From Octopus sinensis (taxonomy: Eukaryota), in contig NC_043006.1 in assembly GCF_006345805.1 (NCBI RefSeq), positions 61,442,001-61,506,000 of the forward strand: a stretch of 64,000 nt of DNA. The letters run 5' to 3'. A program made the position numbers and the translations under genes. Positions 1-13,744 of the stretch are shown piece after piece. The notes under the pieces are model-generated. The model was not told the origin of the DNA. It did no database searches and worked only from the letters and a program-made list of their open reading frames with translations. Positions within the stretch are counted from its first letter, which is position 1. The number at the start of each line of letters is the position of its first letter.

Positions 1-470
1 GTTATTTCCCTTCATCTATTTAGGGAATATAATTTGGATTACTTGACAGCTGAAACAAATATATAATGAGATATGTGGGGTATGTAGAGAAGAAGAATAT
101 TTATTACGCAGGTGAAACATGATGCAGGTATGAATATAAACTATGTGACAGGTGAAGAGTAAATTATCATTTGATATTATGGTACAATTGTATGATCGGG
201 AATATAAAGACATATTTTATAGTAGAGTGTTGTAGTAGTAAAAGAAAATAGGCGATGAACCTTAGTCTTGGTACATATATTATATAAAATGCACATATAC
301 ATACTAATTAAGTGAGGCATGCAGAAAATATGAGTATAAGGTTTGTGGATGACATGGATATATATATATGCATGCAACTTATGCAATTATATGTACTTAA
401 GTGGGTGAACGTACATGTATATATATATATATATATTTATATATGTATGTATTGCATTCTTTTCTTTCAG

Positions 471-2563
471 CCTTACAACAGCTGAAGCCCTAAGAATATT
501 GGAAGAGCTGAGCAACGGATGCGATGTTCACTTGGGTCTCCCTCATGATATAGAACTCTCCGACGGCCATAGTGATGTTTCAAATGATGAGGCTGTAGGT
601 TCCTCTGTTAGACTGAAAAGGGGGCTTTTGAAAACTGACGCACAAATTTCTTGTCAACAATATATGCTTTAGGAAATTGAAGAAGTTGCAGTAAAACGAA
701 ATTCAGTAAAACAAATAATTGGAAGAAAAACGAAGCGGTGAATCGTGTTTCAACCTCCTGTGTGCCTGTAGATATATTCGAGGAAGCAAAATGTTGCTAA
801 AATCCAGTAGATTTTTTTGTTTGTTCTTCACAAATGGATTACTGGATGACATTATAGAACAAACAAATCGATAATGCTGTTGAAAAAAATAAAGTACTGA
901 TTGTATGCAAATCGGAGCTGTATGTATTCTTTGGTGGATTGCTTCTGTCAGCTCACTCTCCACTCCCTAATAAAAGAAGGTATTGGTCATCTGAAGTCAA
1001 TGTTTCAGAAATTTCGCAAAATACCATGAGGCGAGACAGATTTGAGAATATATTGAGAAATATCCTGTTTCTTTATTATAGTACCTATTTCTTTACTACC
1101 CACAAGGAGATAAACACAGAGAGGTCAAACAAGGACAGGCAAACGGATTAAGTCGATTATATCGACCCCAGTGCGTAACTGGTACTTATTTAATCGACCC
1201 AGAAAGGATGAAAGGTAAAGTCGACCTCGGCGGAAATGGAACTAATAACGTAGCGGCAGACGAAATACCTACTTCTATTTCTTTACTACCCACAAGGAGC
1301 TAAATACAGAGAGGACAAACAAGAAGACACAAACGGATTAAGTCGATTATATCGACCGAAGTGTGTACTTAATATATCGATCCCGAAAGGATGAAACGCA
1401 AAGTCGACCCCGGCGGAATTCGAACTCAGAACGCAGCGGCAGACGAAATACCACAAGGCATTTCGCGTGTTAACGTTTCTGCCAGCTCGCCGCCTTAATA
1501 TTGAGAAATATCCATTTAGTGGATAACGCCAATACTTCAAGAGACGATCTTGCATTCAAACTCAGACCTCTACTTGACAACTTAGAAAAAATTAAGTAAC
1601 ATGGTGGCTTGGGAGAACATCTCTCTGCTGACGAAAGTATCATTCCATGTTATGGCAAGCACTATGCCAAACAATTTATAAAAGTGTAACCAATTCTGTT
1701 TGGTTTAAAAGTTTGGGTTCTTTGTTCTCAGGCAAGAAGGATCGTCACAATAAAATCGAAAATGTATTTGGCTTAGATGTGAACGTTGTCTTTGATCTCA
1801 CTGATGCGGTAGGATTACCAGACAATAAAGGTTTCAAAATATTTTTTGATAACTATTTCACAAGTATTCAATCGATGGAGAAAGTTTTGAGAAAGGAATA
1901 TGTGTGTGTCGGGAACCTACAGAGAAAACAGGACGGCTAGATGTCCTTTTCAAACGAAAACAGAGACGAAAGCATGCCCCAGAGGAACAGCTTATTTCAA
2001 GTCCACTTCAAATATAGTCACTGTGAAATGGAAACATACTAGCGATGTTATTCTGCTATCAAATTTTGAAACCTCTAAAATGTCCGCTGTTGAGTGCTAT
2101 GACAGGCCTCAAAAGAAATATGCTCGAATTCCAAAGAATGAAAGCATCCAAAATTAAAACATATGTGGAATTTGTTGAGCTTCTGGACCATAACATCGGT
2201 TCCTATAGGATTCGAATGCGGCAACACAAATGGTGGTGGTCTATGTTTTTCATATTTTGTATCTATGGCAACCCAAAATGCATGCAAATTGATGAATTGA
2301 GCGGGCCACAAAATTGCATTATATAATTTCATCGAAACTTTTCTCTAACTCTATTGAAAAAGTATTGCCCTCCAAAGTTTCAAATAAAACGTACATCTTC
2401 TCACTTGAAAGACAATGCAAGATATGATGGTGTTGAGCATTGGATTGAATATATTCCAGATGAAAGGAGATGTAAAGAGTGCTATGGGAAAATAAATTTC
2501 ATATGTGAAAATAGTGATGTAGGAGTTCATTCCAAATGTTTGAAGATGTATCATGTTCAGTAA
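471..2563 (+). pseudogene. Decayed piggyBac transposase (PGBD2/PGBD3-like, DDE_Tnp_1_7), interrupted by a SINE
   Basis: Manual translation across frameshifts and stops gives LTTAEALRILEEL; FFTNGLLDDIIEQTNR; KRRYWSSE..MRRDRFENILRNI|HLVDN; LSADESIIPCYGKHYAKQFI; KIFFDNYFTS; LLDHNIGSYRIRMRQHKWWW; and a C-terminal Cys-rich RYDGVEHW..RRCKEC..C..VGVHSKCLKMYH* ending at 2563. No left TIR seen in the window. Confidence 0.9.
1066..1497 (-). mobile_element. tRNA-derived SINE (family B, Deu/Nin-like core), head-to-tail dimer with 16-bp TSD
   Basis: TSD ATATTGAGAAATATCC at 1050-1065 and 1498-1513. Minus strand starts AAGGCGGCGAGCTGGCAGAA (A box-like), has GTTCGAATTCC (B box-like) and the core GTCGACTTTGCGTTTCATCCTTTCGGGATCGAT. 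A full copy (~1271-1496) is joined to a 5'-truncated copy (~1081-1267). Confidence 0.9.
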
Positions 2564-5500
2564 AGCTGTATAATTTCATTTTAAAAGGATATATCTTACT
2601 AAATAAATTTTTAGTTTTCATTGATATTTTATTTATATGAACAGGAATTATTTTCATAATAAAGTTATGGTCAGATAAAATACTTTTATTAGCCTCTAAA
2701 TAAGTAAATTGCATAGTTAACAAGCTTATTCAAGATTCATATGCACAGTGCCTAATGTCCGTTATGAATGACACCGATTATTTCAGGAAATACCAGGAGG
2801 ATTTCAATGAATTTTTTTCAGTTATTATTTAGGTCAAAATAATAGTATGTGTGAATTATCAGGCAATTTCATTCACTAGAAAAATTTCGGCAAGAATGGG
2901 TACACTTAGCGCTATTGTAAGACTTGACCGTATCAACTGCGAACAGTAAGTCAATTAAGTTTGAGTGTTAACAATGTAAATATCCATACAACGCACGTTC
3001 GTGTTAGTATGAGAGTCAGAAATCTAATTTCAGAAAAATGTGTAATATACTCATTAATACTCTTTCAAGTTGTATTATCGATCATAATGCCATTAGTATT
3101 TTTGCCAAAATCTTTGCAAATTTTGCCCACTTGTACTGAACGAATTTCATATTAACTATATAATACAATATTTAGAAAATTTGACATTTCCTCATTATAC
3201 CTTTGTATTGTAATAAATTTAAATCATCGCTGTTTGGAAATTTTGAACCATCCTAACTCAAGAATTTTCCTATGAGAATCTTGAAAAATTTCACTGAAAA
3301 ATCAAGGCTTTGCAAAAGTTTGCTACTGCCTAGTGTTGTACATTCTTTTAGTCTGGATATATTTGAATAAGAATATAAGGCCAATTTGATTATATACTTG
3401 AATTCATTTTCCAAGAGAAATTGACGATGAATCCTGGAATTTCTAAAGCTAATTCTTCCTATAAATGTAAAAAGCGAAAACAGTAGACACTTGCGATGAC
3501 TACCTCTCACCTGTCAATCATTTACTTAACTTGCAGATATATCGAACCACTTACATATTGCATAAAATTACAGCCAGGTTGTTACTTAAAACATTAGAGT
3601 ATAAAGATTACTGGTCTGGTGAAGGAATTAGCATTTACTACATGAACATGAATATAGATCTAATATAGCCCTCATGTTTAATGGGGAAATTTGAAAATGA
3701 CAGATAAACTATTAGATTTATAAGCGTAAGCGAAAAAATATATTGTTGGCGTTAATTATAACATCTCCCAAATGTGCAAGGGATACAGTCCCATTTCTGA
3801 CGTTATTGTAATGGTGGCGAATGCTTTGCTGAGAAGCAAAACACAACATATAGAGAGTTGGCTTTATTGCTATCAGTATTATGACTCACTAACTCCAACA
3901 TATTACACTAACATATTTGGTAAGTTGTAATTTAAGTGTTCACTCCCTTTCACATTTTACGAATAGGCTTATAGTTTGAAGCAAGTCTGCAATCTTCAAC
4001 ATAGTTATCAATGAATAGAATATATCCATTTAAATTTTGGTCAGTAAAACGTACGGAAATGTTTCATCAGTACTTTCCATTAATCAGTTACATATATTCC
4101 CTTGGCTGTTAAAACAACGATTCATGAACGATTACTACCCATCAGCTATTGTAGCCTAAAGCCGACATTTCACTCTTAGATCAGATTTGTATATGTAAAA
4201 TAAAATCTTGTAATATAGTTGCATTTCCAGGTGTTGTTAATTTGCCAAATCGTCTGACAAGAACCATAGATATCGTAATAAACAGAGGTGACACTAATCT
4301 GAAATATACGACAATATTAAATAGAAATATTATACATTCGGAACCTGTCTATATGGAGAATTTATTATGTTAAGATGCAAATAAATGCAACTGAAACATC
4401 CAACTGATCGATTTAGTCTGATTTTTGTAATAAATACCTCAGATATTTAATATTGTGTTTTTATAGCAATAACTGTGACTTTTTTCATTAAATATTTCCA
4501 CTGATATGTTGTTTTTTTGCGTGAGTTTAACATAAATTTGATTTTAAAATTTATTTTTTAAATTTAATAGCAAAGTTAAAAATAGACCCTTAAACAGTTA
4601 ATGCATCTTTAAAGAAAAAATAGTTTATTCAGCCAGATTATCATTGCGTACTTTTTCATTTTCGAATCGTTAATTTGGCTTTGATATTTATCAGAAATAT
4701 GAACGTATAAGACAATTATATTAGCGACGTAGATGTATGTCGTACAAATTCAGTAATTCTAACTCTGTATTATATATATATATATATTCTAATTTTAAAA
4801 TTATCTTCAATGTTAGAAGTATTTTATATAATTCAACTACTTTTATTACTAGTATATTGTTCAGTCACAATAGTTAATCAACTCGATGATATGATTGTAC
4901 ACTGTATTAGTTATAGCAAGGTGAATAGAATTAGTAGTTGTGAAAGAAAGTTGGAATGGCAACACTGTTGCTTATTCCCGTCCATAGTAAGCAATTAGAA
5001 CTTGTAGTATGTACCATGTTTTTGCTTATTAGTTTAGGAGAGTGGCTAATCCTAAGCGAACAGATATTCTCTTTGCGGCTCCACCATGTTTGACTCAGCG
5101 CCTCGTGTATCTTAATGTGCGCTGTCGAATGAGGCACATTGACTGCATTGTTGGATTCGTACAGACAGAAGTATATGTGTATGTTAACTTTACATTGTCT
5201 TCAGGAAGAATACAATTTAAAACACACTTTTTTCTGATAATAAACTGCCAGCAATAATTGGCGACGACTGAAATCTAGCCAAGTTATATGTGTGAGTAGT
5301 ATAGATATACAATTACAGTCATATACTGTCTGCTATAAAATTGGTATACATTATATATATGAGTATATGTGATAGAATCTGTGAAATTCACAATATAAAC
5401 TTAGTACTATTTACCATTTCTAAAGACAGTCACTCATGGACAAACTATAGTATTCTGTAGGTTTATGCCGGAGAAAAGTCGTAAGTAATTAATGTATTAA

Positions 5501-7109
5501 ATTATATGTTGTAAGAAAATAGACAAACTGAATGAAGAATTAACGCAGGCATCGTCAACAATGATAGCTTGAAACTATTAAGCATTTCTTCCCCTATGCT
5601 CTTGATTTGCATGTCATTGTTTGTAACGTGACCATCAGGAAACATATTTAAGTATAACCATTTGATAAGGATAATATGCGCAACATGCTATTTATCTACA
5701 CATAATAAAAATATACGTTTTGTGGGTATAATGTATAATTAAACTCGAACATAATATTCTATGCTTAACTTATTTGTAGATTGCATTGCTTTTTAATGAA
5801 AGTGCAAAACATATATGGAAATACATCAGTAAAAATTATAATTGCTCACCGTGGGTCTCCATTAACTTGCGTTTAAACCAAATATATCTTTACATGTAGT
5901 CTAACATATTTTCCTATAAAATGTATATATTACATACTATAATATATATCTAACGAAAGGAGATAAATAATGAAAAATATATTGGTTTTCCCATTTGACT
6001 ATTGTATATATGTCATATATTGCTTCTATGTTATATATTGTATGTTCCCAATTAAATGGTGTTTTCGTCGAGGAATTTTTTTTCTTACAATGAAATCAAT
6101 TTGCTAATGCTTATCGTGCTGTCCTTTACATGCTAATAGATTCCTGTACACACAAACCAGAAAAAAATCTAAAACAACGAATAATTTATCAAAACTGACT
6201 TCATAGTTGAATTGCTGTGATGTTAATATTATTGATTACAATTGAAAAATATTATTCTCCATTTTACCATTATAAATTTCGAGATCGGATTTTTTTTTCA
6301 AATATGAAAGCATTTGAGTTTTAAACAAAAAAATAAGTTGTCTTTATGGGGAAAATGTTGTTTTATAAAGAAATATATCTTAAAAGAAACCTAATAAAAT
6401 CACAAACGTATTAGCTTGGCTTATGTAAATGAAGTTGTAAATGATGTGAAAGTGAACATTTTTTTTTGTCTTTCCCATGATACTATTTATCACCATATAG
6501 TGCCTGCTGAGTTTTAATAAAGTTTCAAAGGAACTAAAGCTATCTATTTGTAACGTGTTTTCAAAATAAATAACAGCAGTAAAAATTGAATTGCGAAATT
6601 CTGCTGTTGCAATTGCTTTGATCATTTCAAACAATTTTTCTTTTTCATATTTCAACAAAATTTTATGTAAAGAGTATTGCCATTCATATTCAATGCTATA
6701 TTATTATGCTCTTAATAGTTTATAAAGTTTCTACTGCACCATGAGGCGTTACGTAGGTGGCCTGACTTTAGGAGCGCTATTTGTATTTCGCATTTGATTT
6801 CCGTTTATTGCGAAGTATTATCGTGTTAAATACAGATTATGTAGAGCATGTAATGATTGTTGGCTGCGTAGAATGCTGGAAATAGGGATGTTTAATGTCC
6901 CAGCGATGAGTGGTTGACTGCGTTTGAGTAAGTGATGTGCTATTTCATTCAGTGATGTTTGCGGGGCGCACAGCGTGCGACATTTTCAATGATAGAAAGA
7001 TAGACAGACCGAAAGAGAGATAGAAATATAGACAGATAGGTTGATAGGTAGATAGATAGATTTTATATATATTTATATATATGTATATGTATATATGTAT
7101 ATGTATATG

Positions 7110-7164
<55 letters not shown>

Positions 7165-7205
7165 GTATACATGTGTGTATGTATATATGCATATGTATGT
7201 ATATA

Positions 7206-8007
<802 letters not shown>

Positions 8008-8037
8008 ATTAATTTCCATCATTTGTAAAACACTTCC

Positions 8038-8863
8038 ATAGCTTCAAGTGGTAAATGAAGGAAATATGAAGCTAGTTTTAAGCTGAATGGGGTATTATAC
8101 TCCAAGTCTCACAACAACTGTGCTGCTGCGAGAGAATACGGTGCAAGCGAGAAGATGGTAAGAGTCTGGAAATTAAAGAGAGATTATTAAGGAATATAAC
8201 AATGACAAATAATGCAGTGGGAGGAGAAACTGCACCCTGACCGATTCTAGAGAAGCATTATTGTAGATATGGGCTGTAAACAGCGTCAAAATATATACGT
8301 TGTTTCAAGACCAATGATCTCGTGAAGCAAGATAAAATTTATAAATAAAAGAAAATATCGGCAGTGCATATTTCTTATATATTTCAATATAATATTATAC
8401 ATACCGTAAGTAAATCTATAAAGCCATTTCAAGTAAATGGTATCAGTATGGTATACATGACACCATGTTAGTTCCTGTAAAATGATTGACACTTAGTGAC
8501 TTTACAAGGGTAGTGTTTATACCAGCCAGTTACGTCTGATGTGTATTATCGTAATTTACAATATTTGGCCACTTTATAAAGAGCTGGATAAACTCTAAAT
8601 AACCAGGGCTGCAGAACGGTTACTGATTGACACATATGACAACAATGCTATCAAAACACAAGTTAAGAAGTTTCAGATGCCGCTGGGGAATCTAGAGCTG
8701 AATCGACCCCTTCACCCACGAAACTTGCGCGGTTGGTACTCAAGCATTTTTCGCTAAAGCTTGAAATAACTATATACAGCAAATATAGCTCAACACCTAT
8801 TTTTAAAATTGAAGTTGTGGGATCGTTTTCTACATCCAATCGTATTATACGCGCAATATACGG
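8038..8863 (+). mobile_element. pogo/Tigger-type DNA transposon remnant (Brinker-type DBD + CENP-B HTH, no DDE seen)
   Basis: ASSGK*RKYEASFKL...SKSHNNCAAAREYGASEKMVRVWK resembles the BrkDBD of POGK-type transposases; PILEKH/VDMGCKQRQNIYVVSRPMI resembles HTH_Tnp_Tc5. Right end CGTATTATACGCGCAATATACGG (8841-8863) resembles a pogo TIR. Confidence 0.7.
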
Positions 8864-8901
8864 CATATAGAATACACACACACACACAGACACAGACACA
8901 T

Positions 8902-8990
<89 letters not shown>

Positions 8991-9062
8991 TTATACATAT
9001 GTATGAGTGTATAGATAGATAGATTGATTGATTAAATATATGAGCGTTTACATGAAAATTGT

Positions 9063-9476
9063 TTTCTTCTTTTAGTTGTTTCAGGCAACTGATTGCGGCC
9101 TTGCAGGGTCACTATATTTAAGGGTCTTTTAGTCGAAGAAATTAATTTTAGGATTTATTCTTTTTAAGACTAGTACTTGTTCTATAGGCCATTTTGCCGA
9201 ACTGGTATGTTACGGGGACGTAAACACACCAACATCGGTTGTCAATCAAGTGATGTGGAGAGACAAACAAAAAGAAACTCTCTCACACACACACATATAT
9301 ATATATATATATGCATACATACATTCATATACACACAATCCTAGTCCCTAAACCTTATTTTCTCTCTGTTTATTTCTGTGTTCCCTTCTGTCGAAGAGCG
9401 TAAAAGGCTTTCTCACTTCCAGAACGGTAAACTAATACATCTGTTTGTTTACGCACCCATTTATATGTACTTATAT

Positions 9477-9519
<43 letters not shown>

Positions 9520-9684
9520 CGGGTTTCTTTCAGTTTCTGTGTACAAAACACACTAACCGTAAACACCCAAAAAGCTTTAGCCGACCCGAAGCTATAGTAG
9601 ATGATACGTGTCCAAAGTGCCATGCAGACGGACTGAACCCGGAACCATGTGCTTGGGAAACAAGCCTCTTACCTCACAGCCATG
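9063..9684 (-). mobile_element. Degenerate SINE family A with a nested short repeat
   Basis: Tail match TTGTTTCAGGCAACTGATTGCGGCC, middle TACGGGGACGTAAACACACCAACATCGGTTGTC, head match GACTGAACCCGGAACCATGTGCTTGGGAAACAAGCCTCTTACCTCACAGCCATG. Confidence 0.85.
9381..9450 (+). repeat. Short dispersed repeat (GAAGAGCGT.. family), copy 1
   Basis: TTCCCTTCTGTCGAAGAGCGT-AAAAGGCTTTCTCACTTCCAGAACGGTAAACTAATACATC aligns to the reverse complement of 42776-42865 with a ~13-nt gap. Confidence 0.6.
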
Positions 9685-9767
9685 AAAAGTTACGAAGAAA
9701 ATTGCTACGACGAGAAAAATGTGCAATTTTTAACGTTAGCACAGACCTACTCACGTTCTTGCATATA

Positions 9768-9806
<39 letters not shown>

Positions 9807-11267
9807 TATATATATACACGTATACATTTCCGGACACAGTGACACACAACCGACACACACATACTCACACACGCACACACATATGCACACGAATATATTT
9901 AACAGCTACATAGTATACATGATATATTTTATATTAAAGCCTTAAATTTTTAGAATATTCCTTATATTGGTGTTTGAAATCTGAGTACTTCATAAATTTG
10001 ACCCATAGAGCTTTCGTACTAGATCTGCTCTTAATATCAGCGAGTCAAATTTATAATGAGATAACTTGTCTCCTAATCCATGCTAGTTCTGCAATAGCCA
10101 ACTACAAAAAATTCAGTGCGTAATTGCAATGCAAATTTATAGATTGTTTTAGAGTATCGATTGTTTTCATTTTGCTTCCCTTCTCATTTTATGCTTGCAC
10201 CATGACATGGTACATGAAACATCCTTAATGTTTTATGCAGACACAACATTGCTTTAGATATCCATTAAAAAATTAATATTTTTCAAACAAACGAACTTCA
10301 CTCCCTTTTCGCTTCGTCGGCTTCATGGGCATTTACGGCTCTTTAAAAGCATTATAAAGATAATATTTTGGAAAAATCACGGGCAAATGAAAAAAGGTGT
10401 GATTTGAAATATTTTACATTTCTCATATAACAGGTCCGGCATGATTTTCATTTTTGCTTTTAACGAAAGTCTAATCTGAAATGTGTACGGTGGATAAATC
10501 CTTTGTTTTATGCAGCACCTGTCATCCATTACCTCATACTACTACCCAGCTTGCTCAGCCTTAGTAACAATTAAATTACGCACGTAAGAATTTTCTCTAT
10601 TTTGAAAATAAAGTGCTTTATCTTAGGCTGACAATATTTAGCCGGACCACAAATGTTAAAACACTGATTTGTTATGAGGAGGCCTGCAAAGAGATGACCG
10701 TTGTTGAGATTCGTAAAGATACGCAAAAACGAACATATAAACCATGAATGAAACTTTGGTTTCTTCACTTAATAATATGTAGGAAGACATTTTTCTTATT
10801 AGAATTCTCTTTTACTTTATATACGTAATTAACTATATGTTTATTTTTAATTAACTAATTTCTACTAATTTCTACAATCTTTTTTGCAATGCGTTCAATA
10901 TAACAGTTTTGTCTGTTTAGTCAAAGAATGAGTAAGAATTAAAGTTTAATTCTCTTGATTAATGTGTAATCATAAAGACTTAATCCAAAAGCCAGGTTTA
11001 GTTATTCAGTTGTTCTTTATGTGCAGAGATTCTAATAAGAAATGCCTTTTATGTCTATATAACATGTATGTCTTTGAGATTCCCATTAGCAATTGAAACA
11101 CGCGTAAAGGGGAATAAATAATACCAGAAGATATAGCCGCATTTTTTTATCAAATCCAGAAAATATAATGCATACATACACACACGTGCATGTAAACATG
11201 CTTACAAATAAACATATATATATACACATTTATATAGATAGATATATAGATATAGATATATGTATGC

Positions 11268-11365
<98 letters not shown>

Positions 11366-13525
11366 CACATATATGTTCGTAAACAGGTCTATATATGTTA
11401 CGTAATAATGGAAAAATTACTGCATGTTTTACTATACGTGTCAAATATACGATATTTCTCTGAAATTAATCTAAAATGGAAATTACATATTGGAATGTTG
11501 AAGTTAAGTGGTTATATGTTTTTCCATTCATTTTCACTGAAGTGCAAAATCACATTGTGAGGTCAGTTCCGGAAATATTTCCTATTAACGATAAAAAATA
11601 AAATAATTTTCTTGGAAGAATATATCTAATACTTATAACGCATAATGCAGTTTGTCGAAAGAAATAGAACATTAATTCTTGCTTCAGAAGACTGCTCCGG
11701 AGAAGCAATTATATTCAAGGTTTCTTCTCTTGGAATATATGTTTTATCAAAATTAACTCTGGTTTATTTCATTTGGAAATTTTTCTCAAGACTGTTTGGC
11801 ATACCCTTTATGAAGTATCCACAACTATTGTAGGTAGCTCAACTCTGTGGGTAGCTTACCTCTGTCTTTAGCATTGGCATGTGATCTAAATATTTTGATT
11901 AATTTCTTACCAGTATAAGGGGCTAGTTCTTAAGTATGTAATTAAAAATGTAACTCTTATGCATAAATTAACACCAAGATCAACAAACTATGATAGACAC
12001 AAAGTTTAAATCTAGTAATGTTTGTAACACACCTAATTTCTCTTCTCTGTTGCCTGTATGTGCTGCAATTTCATATTTTGTGGAGGATTATCTTTTTAAC
12101 TTCTTACTTTTCGTATATGTACTATACTTTGTATACTGATACATAATGCATTTTATACGTTGAGAAAATATTGTCAAAACACGAGTGATTTATGAGAAAG
12201 AAGGGGTCAATATAATAGAAAACAAATTACAATTTCAAGAGGCATATATGAATGAGGAATATATTTGAGTTCATAAGTTCCACACTAAAAGTATCGGCAG
12301 TATATTTTTTATAATAGTGCCAATAGTACGAAATCAAACACTTTTCATCATACGATCATATAATAATGAAATTATTGTATACAGTGCTCAGGTGCACCAC
12401 AACTTGGTCAAAAGTGTGTATAAAGTATATGAAGTAATGTACAAATGTCTGGAAAGTGAACAGTATGATAATGTTGGAGCTAACCTTCCCGAAATAGACG
12501 GCGTATATCCCTTAAATCAAATCCTACTGTTTGACACACGTATAAACATTAGATAATATCATATAAGATAACGGTAAAAGAGAAGGAATGTTCCGTCAGT
12601 AGCTCGTTTGATGTGAGATAATGGCAATCAGAGTTCAGCTGGTTTAAAATAACAATATAAATCTTAGTGCAAACGCGTTGTAATGAGCACTGGTAAACAC
12701 ACTATATTTCTCGATTATAAGGCACCCTACGCAATCAAATAAATTCAATAAATTACTTCAGAATATTATTTCACGCAAAGCTACTATTATTCTCAATCAA
12801 TTCACAATAGAAGCGTAAGTTCATGCACATAAAAATACCAGTAGCGTTAATAATATCATATATTGGAATGACAATAGTTAATTCTGGGAAAGCTTACGTG
12901 GGTATTAGAGATTCTTGAATTCACCACCAAATATTTATATCCAAAATCACGCCACAGCATGTTATACAGGATCATGACATTACAATGCGCATTCCTACAC
13001 AGCCCTAAATATATGTAGTGGTGTAGTTTATCATGAATTATATATTTTGATCATACGCTTGGTCTATCAGATTAGAGTGGAGTTAAAGAGGGGAAAAACC
13101 TTTTTCATCTAATATTCGTTATCATTATTGATTATTAGCGAAATAATATCACGGTAAAGGGTAAAAGAAAGCAAGAAGTCCCAAGCTGTTATAAACCCCA
13201 GATGAACTTACACTGATAGAGAACCAAAGGAAAAAGAACTGGAAAAAGTGGTGAGTTAACATGGTCATACAACAGAGGCCATTTCATGCAATTAATCAAA
13301 GCATATAACAATGCACTTTTGAATCTCAAAACAGAGAGATGTTGCTTATTGTGAGAATTTGGTGAATTGGTCACGCTCTGCCGATTGGCAAAAATCCGCC
13401 ACCAAATTGTCGGAGCCGCAAGTATATATGTGTATATACGTGCCTGTGGGTGTGTAGGTGGGTATGAAGTATATAAAATAGTTAGATGTTTCTGTAGACA
13501 TTGTATTATATTATTCTTTATACGA

Positions 13526-13625
13526 CTAGTACTTATTCTATCGCTCTCTTTCACCGAACCACTAATTTACGGTGACGTAAACGCACCAACATCAGTTATC
13601 AAGCGATGGCGGAGGACTAACACAC
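13526..13625 (-). mobile_element. SINE family A central fragment
   Basis: CTAGTACTTATTCTATCGCTCTCTTTCACCGAACCACTAATTTACGGTGACGTAAACGCACCAACATCAGTTATCAAGCGATGG matches family A. Confidence 0.8.
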
Positions 13626-13657
13626 ACACATACACACACACATATACATACATACAT

Positions 13658-13690
<33 letters not shown>

Positions 13691-13694
13691 TACA

Positions 13695-13726
<32 letters not shown>

Positions 13727-13744
13727 TACTCTTATTTTCAAATG

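Noticed and set aside
2881-2905. CAAGAATGGG as the right piggyBac TIR end
   Set aside because: Followed by TACA rather than TTAA, and no matching left TIR in the window to confirm.
4055-4080. Minus-strand CTGATGAAAC inside a GGAAA/TTTCC mini-hairpin
   Set aside because: No room for stems II/III and no cleavage triplet; likely chance.
12700-12730. CTATATTTCTCGATTATAAGGCAC resembling a pogo TIR
   Set aside because: Isolated ~24-mer with no partner TIR or transposase nearby.
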